From the human T2T-CHM13v2.0 reference genome, Homo sapiens, in the NCBI RefSeq assembly GCF_009914755.1, contig NC_060925.1: a stretch of 64,000 bases of DNA; one strand, given 5' to 3'. The notes under the pieces were generated by a model, which was not told where the DNA came from, did no database searches, and worked only from the letters and a program-made list of their open reading frames with translations. Below are positions 41,614-57,770 of the stretch, piece after piece (position 1 is the stretch's first letter; each line of letters opens with the position of its first letter). Both the position numbers and the translations under genes were made by a program.

Positions 41614-44600
41614 CTGCAGGAGGGAAATGGGATTAGCAATTTGGTTTGGTCACAGGAACAGAAACAGCAGCACCCTTCCCCCTCCCCCAGGGAGGTTTAA
41701 GAACCTCCATAGGTTCTTAAATTCCTCCACCAGGAATTCTGGTGAGTGAGTGCGTTTTGTCCACTTTTTAGCTTATCTCGGATCTTGACATCATGTTCTG
41801 TTTTACACTGCTTCCTCGTTTCTTTAAGTCAGTCATTCATTCATCTACTTATTTAAAAAATTATCAGAAAGAATACTAGACTCAAGGCAGAAAACCATGG
41901 TTTGAGACATGTCTCTAATTCACTAGTTGCCTGATTGCGATCAGTCACGTAATCTCTCTGAACTTCAGCTTTCTTAGTTGTGAAGGGGGTATAATCATTT
42001 CTGCCAACCTCAAAGGGAGTCTGGAAGCACCAAACAGAAGGTGTGCTTGAGAGCACTTTGGAAACCAGAGGGCTTTGTAATTGTGACAGTGTTATTATTG
42101 CCCCTGCTGTGTGCTACAGCCTGTTGGGGGTACAATGATGAATATGACAGGAAATTTGGCCTCAAGAAACTTAGAGTCGAGGATGAGATAAAGGCAGTTC
42201 ATGAATACCACTGATTTGGGGTATACACGGATAAGAGATACAGAGGGAAAGCAGTGGGAGTGTGGGGAGTAGAGACTAGGTGTGGCTGCAGGGGAGAAGA
42301 TCAAAGATGGAAAGTGCACTTGACACTGTTCTGCAAAAAACATCCTATGACACATGCTAGGACAAAGAAGAAATAACTTTAGGATTTTCCAAATCTTTGC
42401 TGGCTTCCTGTTGGCAAGGATTGCTTATTTATTCATTCCTTAATTCAGACCCCAAACACTGGAAACAGAATAGCAGAATCCGGGTCTCTCAAGATGTAAT
42501 AAAGTTCTATCTGGGAACAGACCAGGCTCTTGGAAAAATGTAGCTCTTTGGGATCCAACAGATCCCAGTGAGTAAGTTCACACTTTGTGGCCAATAGTTA
42601 TCTGAAGTAGGAAAAATAACTCGAAGTGAACTCAATCCTAGATAGCAGAGGAACACAGAATTTCGTAACTGGAAGGGATCTGAGAGTATCTTATTCTAAG
42701 ATACTTACTTTTTACAGCAAGACGAATGAGACCCAGAGAAGTCAGGGATATATCCAAAGCTTTGAACAACTTGTATACACAGTTGTAAAAAGGTCCAGTG
42801 TTCTTTTTACTACACCATAGGGAGGGCAGGATGGATGAAGGAAGGAGCAAAAAAAAAGGGGACTTGATGAAGATCGAGCGTCCTCTAGAATCTCCCAGAA
42901 GAGGATACCTGGGCAGAGCCACAGCCTCTCTGTTTTTGGACACTTCTGGACAGTCTCCCTCTTGACCCTGTATGTGCTGGTGGAGTGTCCGATGGGGTGG
43001 GAGGGTCAGCGTACCCTCAGGTGGAGATGATGGATGAGTACAGGTGAGCATGCTGTAGAGTGATCTGGAGACCCTTCTTATCTCCTGGCTTCTCGGCAGG
43101 TGCACTGCTCCCTTCCTGTGATGTGGGCACCATGAATTGTGCTGCCAATTCAGCCACCAACCACCAAGTGATAGTGAGCAGAGAAAAGATGCCTCCTTCC
43201 CTCACTGCCCAGCTGATATGCTGTTCAGACTCCCGGTCTCTCGGCAAGTTGGCTGCAGAGCCGGGACTTGAACCCAGACCTCCTGCCTGTCTATCCTCCG
43301 TAGGCCAAAGATGGTGCTGCCTCCTTCCCTCTGTCCCATCCAGGCCCTGAATGCTCTTATCTGGAGGCTTATTTTATCCAAGTCACCTTGTCTATGGCTC
43401 TGACTCCCTTGTCTGAAAATAAAATATCCCCCTTATGAATAAAAATAAACAGCACACATGAAATGAATCAAGGGAGATATAGTCAAGGGGGCTCAGAGGT
43501 GTCTCTGTATGCTGGGGGTGAGGGTGGGAGAAGGAAGGACAACTTGGAGAGGAAGGAGCTGGCAGGAGGAACTGACAGCCACTATAGCTCATCTATCCCT
43601 GCACTCTAAAAATATGCAACAATAATCCACCCTGGCTGTTCCAGTCTCCCCTGGCACAGTTTCCTCAGGGACCTGGGACTCCTGGGCTCTGGGAAAAGAA
43701 CCCTTGTTAATGAGAAATGGAAAGGGCTGCTTCCTTACCTGCTGCAGGAGAGCATCAGCAGGAGACAATTTGCTTTTAGTTCCTGGTTCTCTTTTAATCC
43801 ACTTGGAATGAGCTTCACCAGCCCCTCCATCCCCTCCCCTAGCCACCTGGATGGCATGAACCCACCTACCCAAAGGAACTGACAAAACCTCTCCTTCCCC
43901 TACTTTTATTTCTTAAAAAACATTCTTTTGCTCGCTGCAGTTAATTACAACCTTTCAGAAAAACTGTGAAATGAAATCTTTCTGGAAAGCCTAAAAATAT
44001 TTCTGTCTTGCAGGTAGCATGTGGGGACCGCATTGTGGATCCTCAGAGGCACTGGCAGGTTCCACGGGGTAGCTTCCTCCTGCTGGTAAATCACTGTAGT
44101 GTTTCCCTTCCAACATTCAAGGATCAGTGGCAGACACATGGTCGTGGGCACTGGGGTGCTGTAGGGTCTATTTGTTAGCACAGAGCTGCTCAGAGGCATA
44201 ATTCAGCTTATATTGTTTAGAGAAGAAGACTTTTTTTGGGTAAATTATTGGCAAGCATTATAATCTTGGCATGAAGATACAAGTGAGATGGGTAGTTCCA
44301 GCTAGCAGCTGGGGGAATCCAAGCCGGGAGAATGAGTGTCCTTGTGGGTCATTAAACCAGGTCCACAGGGCTTGGAAAGTGTCTGGGGAGTGTAGGGTCT
44401 TTATGGGGGTCTTCTTTCTATGCAGTGTACCATGCTGCCAGCACCCAGGGTAGGTGGCAAGGGAGTTCAGGAGACAACTAAGCAACTATCATGCTCTGGG
44501 GCTTACAGGAGACACAGCTTATAGCTTCCTTGCTTAAAGCAAAACTGACGTGTAAAAGCCTGAATTTCCAAAACATAGATGAAGTGGTGATTATTTGATT

Positions 44601-44619
44601 TGCAAGTGGATTCCCAACG

Positions 44620-45200
44620 CCTCCATTACTGATGACTTCCAAATCCATAAGGTTGGCGCAGGCCCCTCTCCTGAGCTCCACAGCCATATATCCAATTGCT
44701 ACTGGGCATCTCCACTTCCCCATGTATCTCCCTCAGGCGCCTCACATTTCACCACGTCTAAAAACGAACTCTTAATTTTTCCTCCTCCCACCCCCAAGCC
44801 AATTACCCTCCCAGATCCTCTTTCAAGGTTAATGGACTCACCATGCACCCAGCCAGGAATTCTGTAAGCACCTTCAACTGTTTCTTTCTCCCATCTACCA
44901 CAAATAATAAAGAAGGTCGCCAGGCCCTATCAGTTCTCACTCCCAGGTGTCTTTTGAGTCCATGTGTTCCAGAGTAGGTGTTCAGGAGGACTCCATCATC
45001 TCCTACCCACACTAACCCCAAGGGTTTGCATGTAAATCTACTTTCCAGTAGCTGCCAGGGTGACCTTCATGAACACATACTTGACCAGGTTACTAGTCAC
45101 TTGCTCTAAAAACCTTCCATGGCTCTGACCATTGCCAAGGCAAAGTCCCTAATTCCTAAGGCTGGCCTGGCAGGTGTGGTCTTTCTGGTTCTGATCCCTT
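44620..45200 (+). mobile_element. L2 fragment
   Basis: TGATGACTTCCAAATC...CTCTCCTGAGCTCCA...ATATCCAATTGCTACTGGGCATCTCCACTT. An L2 3'-end-like continuation lies at ~48640-48980, and other L2 ends near 940-1050, 2450-2570 and 27055-27600. Confidence 0.7.
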
Positions 45201-47184
45201 TTACCCCTTCTGCCACACTTTCCATTCAATAGCACATCCTTCATGCCCTGCCCTATCGGTGGTTCCTTTCTACATCACGCTGTTTAAAAATCCCTGAGCC
45301 TTTGGACATGTTACCCATTCACCTCCAGCTTAAAAATCAGAGTGGCTCAAGGTGGAGGTCTGTGTGCAGAGTGCAAAGGAACAGAGAGAGGCACCCTGTA
45401 GAAGGCAGCTTCTGTAAGCCTTCCAGGCAGCTGAGAATGAGTCTAAGGGCCATGCCATCTCTGTGTTGGGCCCGGGAAGCAAGGACCCTGCATCCTGCCT
45501 TCTGTATTTCTTCTTAGGATCAAGGATTCGGAGATGGCCAGGGAGGGGAGGCTTGGTGACAAAGAATTTCTTCTCCAGAGGGGGAGTGAGCAGGATCTTG
45601 CAGGACACCACCTTAGACCAGGAAGCTGCAGGGTCCCAATCCCCCGACCCCCACCAGCCCCGCCCAACACACACAGAGACTGTGTCCCCAGGGCTCTCTC
45701 TTAAAAGCAGCTTTTGATTGCAGGGCACCCAGGGTTGCATTCCACAAAGTTGGCTCTCCTGGAAGCCAAGTCTGGCCTTTCTACATGGATCTATAGAGGG
45801 GCAATTTGGCTGAATCCCCAGCTACTGCTTGCAGGACTTTAAGCAAGTCCTTCTAGATCTGGAAGGAGCTGAGAGGCTGCAGGGGAGGGGAGAGCTTGTC
45901 TCCCACAGAGGTGAGGATGAGAGGCTGCGGTGGAGTCATACAGAGTGCCCCAATGACAGAAGGGAAACCAAAGTATGGCCAGCATGTTAGGCAGATCCAT
46001 GTCTTGGTCAGTTTCAGATAGCTCTATGCTGCTGGCTACAGTCGGATAGGGAAGAAAGACCATCTGATGCTGGGACAGTGTCTGCAGAAGGAAGAGAGTA
46101 ACCTCTGGAATCAGACAGACCTGAATTTAAATACCAGCTCTGACACCTACAAGTTATGTGACCTTGAATCTCAATATCCTCATTCAAAAACAGATAATAA
46201 TGCTTGCCTCACAGGGATGATGTGAAGATTAAGTGAGATAACATCTGGAGAGTTCTTAGTATGCTGGTTTAGAGAGTAGGTCTTGATAATTGGTAATCTC
46301 CTTCCCTGTGTTTCCCTGCACCTCTGTCTTCCTAGATGACTAAAACATGGGATGTTAGAATTGGCAGGGTTAGAGATGATGGAAGTCTTCCTATCCGTCT
46401 GGAAGGGCAGCACATGGATGAGGGAGCGCATCACAGACACTGGGGTGACCCGGGGTACAAAGAGCTGCTCATGGGCCGTTTGGAGAATGCCCGAAGCCTG
46501 AGCTTGGGCAGGGAGTAGTGATGCCGCCAGAGCAGGGCCCTGGCTTTGGTGAGTTCTGGGCCCTGCACAGAAGCAGATTCAGAGCGAGACATCATCCTTT
46601 CACCCAAAATAAGTTTGGAAGAACACTGGCCCTGTACAAGATGTTCTTTATTCTTTCCTCCCTCCCTTGTGGCCATTTCTTCTTTCCCTGGCTATCAGCC
46701 ATTCTGGGGTAGGTGCAGCATTCCACAATGAACTCAATTAATGCTTTCAGGGAAGTACTTCTGAATGAGACACCCACACAAACAAATGATTTGACAGTTT
46801 GGGGGGTGTATGTGTGTGTGTGTGTGAGTGAGTGTGTGTGTGGTGGGGATGTGGAGAGAGAGGGAAGGGAAGTGAAACCTGTCAAATCAGCAGGGAAGAT
46901 CTTTGGATACTGACTCATTTCAGCCCCAAGCTTTTCTCCCCATATTATAATGTGGACTAGAAGTCTATCTGAATTCTCCCCATGTGGACCTCAGAAGTGA
47001 GAGCTAGAAGGAGGGGATTGGAGAAAGAATATCCTAGAAGCAGCCTGCTGCTGTTGGGTTGGGGTGAAAGGGGTCACTGAGGCTTTCCCCTCTGTGCTGT
47101 GCTGGCACTGCCTGTGTGCCCCTCCTCTGCCCGCCCCTCACACTTGGGACCCCCAGAGTCCTGGCCCTGTCCTCTTATGGACTA

Positions 47185-48598
<1,414 letters not shown>

Positions 48599-51500
48599 TA
48601 CATGTGCTCGCTGGGAGAGCTCAAGGGCCCCCACAGCTATAGCTTTATAGGGTGTAAAGCCTCTATGCATTTGACATGCTGTTCCCTGTGCTGGTCAAGC
48701 ATGTCCACTGACAAATGCCTACCCATCCTCAAGTCTCTACTCAAAAGATGCCTCCTCAGGGAGGCCTCCCTGGACTCCCTTAGTAGATTTACTAGCCCCT
48801 TCTTCTACCCTCCCACTTCCTTCTATGAACACCTCCAGGACCACAATTGCCACACTGCATTGTAACTGCTTATTCCCTCAATAAGACGATAACTATCTTG
48901 GGACAAGGGACTATCTAGCTTTTCTTAGGAAACTAATCCTTAGCACGCTGCCTGGAACGAGTAACTGTCAATAAATATCCCCAATTCTCTGTTAAAAGGA
49001 AATGCTGGTCTCAACCAGACACTAGAACAGACTGTATTCTTTAATGATGACTGGATGAGTGGAGGTACCTAACTGTTGCTTGAGAGTGATGTAGTATTTT
49101 AACATCAGGATCATTAAACAGCTCTTCCTGCAATCTCCCTTGCTTTAATTTAAGCCAATTTCTGGTTTGATTCCTCATCGAATGGAGGACTGAACAGCTG
49201 CCTCCTCATCAAACATCTTTTAGCTACTGAAGACAGCAATTAAGTCACCCCTGGCCTTTGCTTCTGCAGTCCTTCCAGCCTTTTCACCGAAGATCTTGGT
49301 TTCTAAACCCTTTGATCATTTTGGATGCTTTTCTGTGGACTCTCGGATTTCTATGCATCTTTTGAGAGTGTAGTGACCCGCACTCGGGTCGTGCCTTCAG
49401 CAAAGGCCTGATTGATTGATGTGCAGTAAGGAGGGCCTGCGAAGATGACTTCCTTTGCTTGTCACACACGCCATTAACCAGGCTGGCCCTGGGCAAAATC
49501 CAGTGGAGGATAAACATTTGGTATCTTTCCCATGTTCTTTTGTGTTTTCCTCCCTGGGGTTCTTTCCCCCACTTTAGGCACCTTTCATTCAGCTGTTCCC
49601 TCCTCCCTTTCTGTATTTGTATACAGCAAGTACGGAAAGCTGTATTTGCGTCTTAATGGGACTTTTAAGTTGTGTTATTACTTGGCCTTAAGAGCACTGA
49701 TATCTATTGACTGGTTGTAGAATAAAAAGTGTGTATATCGTTTGCAGGATTCAGAAGGAAAATAAGGGAAACACTTTAGGGTAGAGAGCTCAGGCTAGCA
49801 GCCCTAAACCCTGCCCCAGGAGCAGTCAGTGACCACGCCCAGGTATAAAGGTGGCTAGTTTAAGTCCTGGCCATGCACTTCTTGATCTGTACATCTTAAG
49901 CCAGGAAGACTAGGTCAGCAGGATGTGGGATTAGGCAGGCATGCCTAGGTCATAGCACATATGACGATGGCAGGGGACTAAGTAGCAGATTCCTATCTTC
50001 TGCTGAGGCCCTCTCAAAGCTTCCAGGAACTTCTGGTTTAGGGAGTCACTTCTCCACCTGCTCAGACCCCACCTTGACAGCTGCACAGCCCAACTGAACC
50101 CAGGAGAGCGCCAGGGCACCACAGCTAAATCTGTATTCCTGCCAGACCCTGTCATGTTTGTTTTCCTCCGTGGGTGCCATGACCTGGAAAGCAGCCGCGG
50201 TGATGCTGCACCCGACCTCATTCTTGCAGCCACTAATTGAACAGTTTGGAGGGAACTGTGCCACAAAGCAGCCCAAGGGTGAGAGCAGATGCAGCCAATT
50301 AATTACAGCTGGGGAGATGCGAAGGTCTGCACTGGGGAGGCGCTGGAAGGCCCAGGGGCTTGGCAGCCTGGGGAGTGAGTGCTCAGGTGGGCTGTTCCTA
50401 GGTTCAGCCTCAGGCAGAGCCTTGTCAGGGCAGGGTTGGGGCCAACTTCAGAGTAGGGGCTTATCGGGGCAGAGGAGCTTGGTGGGAGCTTCACAAAGCC
50501 CAGCTCCCGTTCTAGAGACCCTATCTTCCTCTGGTTATATCTCCAGGCTGATAGAGATAGCGGGAAAGAAGCCAGAAGCAGGGCTTCAGCTCCAAGGTAT
50601 TGAAGATTCTGAGAATGATGGCTGCTGCTTTCACGTTTGTTAAGTGCTTATAATGAGTAAGGAATTGTGCCAGGGGCTTTACATATTTTATCCCACTAAG
50701 CGCTCAAAACAAGCTGTGAGGTGTTATTATCATTCCCATTTTTCGGATGAGAAATAGTGTCCCAGAGAGGTTAAGTAACTTCTTGAAGTTTCCACAGTGA
50801 GTGGGGCAGAGCTCAGCCAGGTTTATCTAACCGCTGCTTTTTGCCTTACACAGCACTGCCCCAGGGGAGACCCCCATCCTTGGTCAACCACCATGAGAAT
50901 GCATGCCCTGGCCTGCTCTTCGCTTCTGTCTGCTTAGGCACTCCAGCCCCTTTCCCTTTCTTCCCATCTCTGCAGCAGGCTTAAGATGTACAGATCAAGA
51001 AGTGCATAGCCAGGACTTAAGACATGGCTAAGGCCATGCCTTGCTGCTTTCCAAGGAGCTCTGGAGTTGGCCTTGCTGGTCACTGCCTTTACTCCTGCTC
51101 TCTCTGGCTCCCTGAACTTCTCAGCATCCATCCCCACTCCTCTCTGACCTCACCCAGGCAATATCCACACTCCCCTCTTGGCCTTGCCCCTTTGTCTCTT
51201 CCTGTGCATGTCTAGTCTCCCCAAACAATGCTGGGATTGGGGACTACTGGCTTTCTTCCCATTTCTGCAGCAGGCTTGAGGAAGAGCTAGATGCCAGCTC
51301 CTTTCTCTCCTCTGGCTCTGCAGATTGACAGTTCTAATTTGTCCAAGTGAGCTCAGGAAAGAGATGAAGGACTGGTTTGACACTGGTCAAACACAGGGGC
51401 TCTTGAGTCAAGTAGCTAGCTGCAGGTCAAATTTCAGTGCTAAAACTTATTCTCAATGTCACTTCAAGAAAGTTATCAGACCTCATAGTGCTTCAGTGTT

Positions 51501-54380
51501 CTCATCTGTAAAATGGGTCTAATGACAATACTAACTTCTATTTCATAACAGTTGCTTTGAGGTCGAAATGAGATGATATATGGGTGCTGAGCTAAGTGTA
51601 AGCTAAGCATTCAGTGAAAGTTAGCTATGATTTTTCTCATGACTGTTTTATGATGAAGAAATCCAGAGGGAAGCTGGGTTAGCTGAGGTCCAAAGGAAAA
51701 GTAGCTTTGTTTTCACGAGCGTCCTGTGCAGGTGGAGCCTCTGCATATTGTTCTTGGTGGGGACTCAGGGCAGGGGCAGGCAGGCTGACTCGAGGAGGGG
51801 AGGTGGTTGGTGGGGACATTGCCCAGCGTGGCATTGGCTGCCCCTCTATGGGCCTGCACAGCTCTCACCATGGTTTCCAGCAGGTGATCAGTCCCCAACA
51901 CTGGATTTGTAAAAGGATACAGGAGAAACTAATGTCAGAGCCTCCCAGAAGGAGAAGAGGTGCCGAAGAAGCCACTCCAGAATGGTCTCAGTCCCATCAG
52001 CATCCTCAGCGGATGTTCATACTCTGTATTAAAAGCTTTTGTGTCTGAGATTGGGATTTCAGGAGGGTTCTGCCCTGAGGAGCCCCCTAATCAGGACCAA
52101 CGAGTGAGGACAAGTCGAGGATGTGTTGACAGCTTCTCCTCTCTTTCCTAATCCTCTCACTCCTTTGACTTTACAGGGCAGTGATGCCAACTTCGTGGCT
52201 GCACATTTTCATTCCCTCCTGGCTTCTAAAGACACCTGGATGCTGGGTCTGAGAAAGCAAATTGTGGCATTCTTTTCCACTTGGAGTGTATGTGTGTGTG
52301 TCTGTGTGTGTGTGCCTGTGTCTGCACTCCTCACAGTAGGCTAGAGCCCAGCTGACGAGCTCTGTAGGAATCTATGGCATTGGCGGTGCCAGCTCTCCTG
52401 CCCGGCATGAATCCTTGCTGGCTCTGTCTTAGCTGATAGTACATTCAAAACCTAACTGTTATCTCAGCAGAGTAACTCCATTATTCATCCTGACACCATC
52501 CCCCGTTAGCTGTTTGTTGCAGTGATGTTATATTAATGAGGCCTGCAAATAAATGAACGAAAGATCAGAGTGCCGGCTTGTTTCTCAGGAAAGCTGGCTG
52601 ACTTATTTATTTATTTGTGGGGGACTTTGCAGTGAGTCACTCTGGTCCTGGGCAGGTGGCTTTTGGCCTTTCCTGCAGAGATTTGGTGCAGCCTTGCAGA
52701 TAAATACTTTTAAATGTCCCACAGTTTCCCAAACAGTTTCACAAATGCATTTGCATCTGAGAGAATCTAGGCGAAACCAATCTACTTTAAATTATTTGTG
52801 AAAGTGGAGAACAGGAGCCAGCAGGAGTGATGGATCATCTCAAACTATTAAGGTATCAAAAATTATTTGAGCTTGGTTTTGGAGGCCAGTGTACATGGTT
52901 TTCTATAATTGATTTTCTTTCTCAGTTACACGTACCTAAGATGCGTAAGATAATGTTAAAGAGAATTTATATTCCCTAAGCATGGACTAGGGAGGTGTTG
53001 GAGAAGTTACTGAGGCTGAAAAATTCACAAAGTAAAAGCTACATGGTGGTCATTGGAGAAACAGCTGTTAAACTAACACCCCCACTGCCTGGCATCAATG
53101 TGGCCTTATGGTGCAATGTGCCAGGTGACTTCAGGAACACACAGTCATGTTCTTTCACATCTTAAGGGTGGTGGGTTCCTGGTCACACCAACTCTGGTGT
53201 TCATCTCCTGCATCTTAAGCCTGATTTGCCTTGGCTTCACCCTGATCTCTGTTCTTGCCTGCAAGTGTGAACTACCTGGGCCCCATTGTCTGGCCTCTCC
53301 CATTAGGCTGAGATGCTTGAGAGGTCAGAGCTGCCAGGCCAGGGAATCCAGCTTTCACTTTAGCTTAATGGCCATCTCATTGGTGGGCATAGCCAAAAAA
53401 ACAACCCAACTGAGTGTGATAGCTTCAAGAAATAACTGGGGTAGAGGTTAGAATAATGCTTCCCCCAAAAGGCAAGAAGTGACTGCCCCAAGCTCACATG
53501 CCCCAATATCCCCTTCTTGTTTTTCCTCCCACTCATAGGATTAAGTGTGGACCTCATTACATTTAGGAAGACAGTTAGGTGAAGATTACTTTAAGGCTCA
53601 GTACAAAGGGTAGCCAATGTTCCCAATTTATCTGGCATCTCTTGGTAAGTTCCAAGAGGATTCTGATCCTGCACGCAGAGACATTTTAGGTACTCTTGGG
53701 GTGGGATGAGGTGGGGAAATGTATAGCCAAGGAATAGCCCTCCATCCCCCTCACCATGGTGTGGTGGAGGAAGTCGGCCTTCTGCTCTGCCACTAACCAG
53801 ATGTGTGTGTGACACTGGGCTAATTCTTTACTTCTCTAAGAACTGTTTCCCCAACTCTTAAGTGAAGATAATAATAGCCAACTTGCAGGGTTGTTTGAAG
53901 GAGTAGGCTCAGAGCCTGGCACATGGGAGAGTCTTATTAAAGAGAAGCAATTATCATGAAGACTCCCAGAATTAGAATGTTGGCTGGTCTGCTCATGTCC
54001 CTTGCCTGAGGTCCTGAGGTTAGTGTCCTCATTAACAGAAGACCTGTATCCCTGCTTCAGTCCTTCTACACAGGACACAACTGCAGAGGGTGGAGATTAG
54101 AAGTCTGCCCTAGGCCTTTTGGAGGAAGCACAATGGCCTGCAGGGCAGTCAGTTTCCAGCCTCTTCCAGGTGGCCAATGTTCAAGCATAGGCTGGGGCTA
54201 CATTGGAAGAGGCTGCATAACCTAGCCTCCTTAACCAGGAGTCACATATACATGTGACAGACAACTTCCAAGCCCAGCATAGTTCATGGCATACAGTAGT
54301 CATTAATTAAATATTCATTTAATGAGTGAATTAACATATTTGGAATGGTGGCATCTCCCACCTCTGATCAGAATGCTCAC

Positions 54381-54827
54381 TCTTATGGTTTGACTCTTGT
54401 CTCCTCAAAATTCATATGGTGAAGACCTAATTCAGTGCCTTAGAATGGCACCTTCTTTGGATATAGGGTCTTTAAAGAGGTAATCGTATTAAAATGAGAT
54501 AATTAGAGTGGGCACTAATCCAATATGACAGGGTCTTTATTTAAAAAAAAAAAATAGGGAGACAGACACACACACAGAGATAGAATGCCATGTGGACATG
54601 AAGGCAGAGGTCAGGTTGATGCTTCTACAAGCCAAGGAACGGCAAAGATTCCCAGCAACCACCAGAAGCCAGGAAAGAGACCTGGAACAGATTCCCCCTC
54701 ACAGCGCTCAGAAGGAACCCACGCTGCTGACACCTTGATCTTGAAGTTCAGACCTCCAAATACATTCAGGTTGTTTAAGCCACCTGTTTGTGGTTCTTTG
54801 CTAGGGCAGCCCTAGGAAACTGATACA
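54381..54827 (+). mobile_element. MaLR solo LTR (MLT1B/C-like)
   Basis: Typical MLT1 motifs (TAATCCAATATGAC, AAGCCAAGGAA, CTGCTGACACCTTGAT, GCAGCCCTAGGAAACTGATACA); 5-bp TSD CTCAC/CTCGC. Confidence 0.85.
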
Positions 54828-55773
54828 CTCGCTTGGAGTGAAGAAGACCTCTGTTATGTGAGCTCCAAAATCCCTTTACCCTCCCTGAGTTTATCTTCCT
54901 GAGAAAATATTCAGTCTCTTCCTTTTCTGCTGGATCCTGCCTACTCATGGCCCCTTAAGAAATGTTTTTCTCTGGGCCTTCCTTTCCAGTCTGTGGCTCC
55001 TAACACCCTCCTCTTTGAGGTCCCAGCAGGTCCTGAAGCATAGGCTGGGGGAACGGAAACGTGGCGGGCCAGCCATCTCATGGGCTTTCCAATCCTCTGC
55101 ACGTCTCCTGTTCCTAGGGTTGAACAGGTGACACGTGCACAGACACCCACGATGACAGCTGGAAATGGGAGCAGCTCAGGAGGCCTCCCATGGGGGACAG
55201 CATCATTATCACACCACGAGCTGGCTGAGGAGCAGAAGGTAAGTCCTGAGGGGGTCCTAACCTGAAGTTTATGCAAACTGTGAAATTCAATAGCCTGTAC
55301 AACTTGTTCTACATGAAGCTGCCATAAAAGATGGGTCCCTCGGGTGGGCCTGGTTGCCATGGAGAAGATGGGGTAAGGAGGGGTTAAGGAATAACACAGC
55401 TGTTTATCTAACTATGCGTGAGCCCACTTCTTTTTCTAACGTAGAACTCCTTTGAGATCATCTCATTTATTTCTCTGCTGTCCCAGGAAGGACAGCATCC
55501 ATTCCAGCTTCCACTTATTTCCAGGACTGGAGATTCTGCCACCCCCAACTGCCATCACAGGCCATCTTAGAATCCTTCTCTTTTCATCCTTCAAGAAGGA
55601 TCTTTGTAGTAAATGGCTTCTATTTACTGCACAGAGTGGCTGCACTAAGGAGGACACCCATTCTGAAGATGAAGGCTGGGGACAAGGAGGTCTGCATCAA
55701 AGGGTATGGGCCTCATGGAAGTCCGATGATTCAGAGGTTTGGGGAAAACATCTATGCCAGTGCAAAGGGATTA

Positions 55774-56130
<357 letters not shown>

Positions 56131-56536
56131 TTAGCAAATTACATATTCTTGCCAAAAACACCATAGAAATGAGGTTGTGTCCTTCTCAGAGCATTCTATT
56201 GAAAGGTACATGAGGTTGATTTTTCCCATTACTGGCTTTGTTTACTTTCATCAATTGGTTTAGGTGAGGTCTACCACGTTTCTTCACTGCCCAGTCACTA
56301 TTGTTCTTGTCATAATTAACAAGTATCTTATGGGAAGGTAGCTTAAGGTTATGTAAATATCCTATTTCTCATCATACTTTCATCTACTAATTTTAGTGTT
56401 CATTGACCATTCTTTGCCTGAAACAATTATTACTTGTGTACTGTGCCAAATGGTGATTTCTATTTCCGTAATTACTTCTACATTTTTTAGTTGGAATCTA
56501 GTGTAAAGAAGAGCTTTTCTTCTATTTATTTATTTA

Positions 56537-56857
<321 letters not shown>

Positions 56858-57152
56858 AGAGACAGGGTTTTGCTCTGTTGCCCAGGCTGGAGTGCAATGG
56901 CATGATCATAGTTCACTGTAGCCTCGGACTTCTGGAATCAAGTGATCCTCCCACCCCAGTCTCCCGAGTAGCTAGCACCACAGGCATGCACCACTACACC
57001 CAGCAAAATTTAGAATTATTATTATTATTTTTTAGAGATCAGGATTCTGCTATGTTGCCCAGGCTGTTCTTGAACTCCTGGCTTCAAGCAATCCTCTCAG
57101 CTTCTGCTCCCCAAAGAACTGGGATTACAGGTGTGAGCCACTGCAGCTGTCC
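56858..57152 (-). mobile_element. AluJ (its tail remnant lies at 56521-56549)
   Basis: Reverse Alu with GATCATAGTTCACTGTAGCCTC and CAAGCAATCCTC J-type features. Confidence 0.9.
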
Positions 57153-57329
57153 CCCCATTATTTATTTACTTGTTTGTTTCTTTTTTTCAGGAAGAACCAT
57201 GGATTCTTATTCTATTGGTGAAATCCACGGCTATCAATTTTTATGTTCTTGCTCAAATTGCCCAGATTCGGCTTCTGAGATCCCCTTCAAGTTGTGTCAG
57301 GTGCCCTGTTGATAGGTACCATACAGGTA

Positions 57330-57770
57330 TTTTTGGTACTTTTGCCACAGTAATATGTAACCTGAATTTGATCATGAGGAAGCATTAGACAAATCCAAAT
57401 TGAGGGACATTCTACAAAATAACTAGCCTGTACTTCTCAACAGTACCAAAGTCATAAAAGACAAAAAAAGACTGAGGATTAAAAGACTAAGGAGACATGA
57501 CAATAGAATGCCACATGGGATCCTGGATTGGATCCTAGACCAGAAAAAGGACATCGGTGGGACAATTGGCAGAATATTAATAAGGCACGTTTATTAGATG
57601 GTATTATTGTATCCATGCTAATTTCCTGATTTTGATAATTATACTGTGGTTATGTAAGATGTTAACTTTGGAAATCTGGGTGAAGGGTATATGAAAGTTC
57701 TTTGTACTATTTTTGTACCTTTTTATAAGTCTAAAATTATTTCAAGAATGAAAAGTTAAAGAAAGAGACA
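57330..57770 (+). mobile_element. Old L1 (L1MC/L1ME-type) 3' end
   Basis: CATGAGGAAGCATTAGACAAATCCAAATTGAGGGACATTCTACAAAATAAC...GGATCCTGGATTGGATCC...TAAGTCTAAAATTATTTCAA. Confidence 0.75.
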
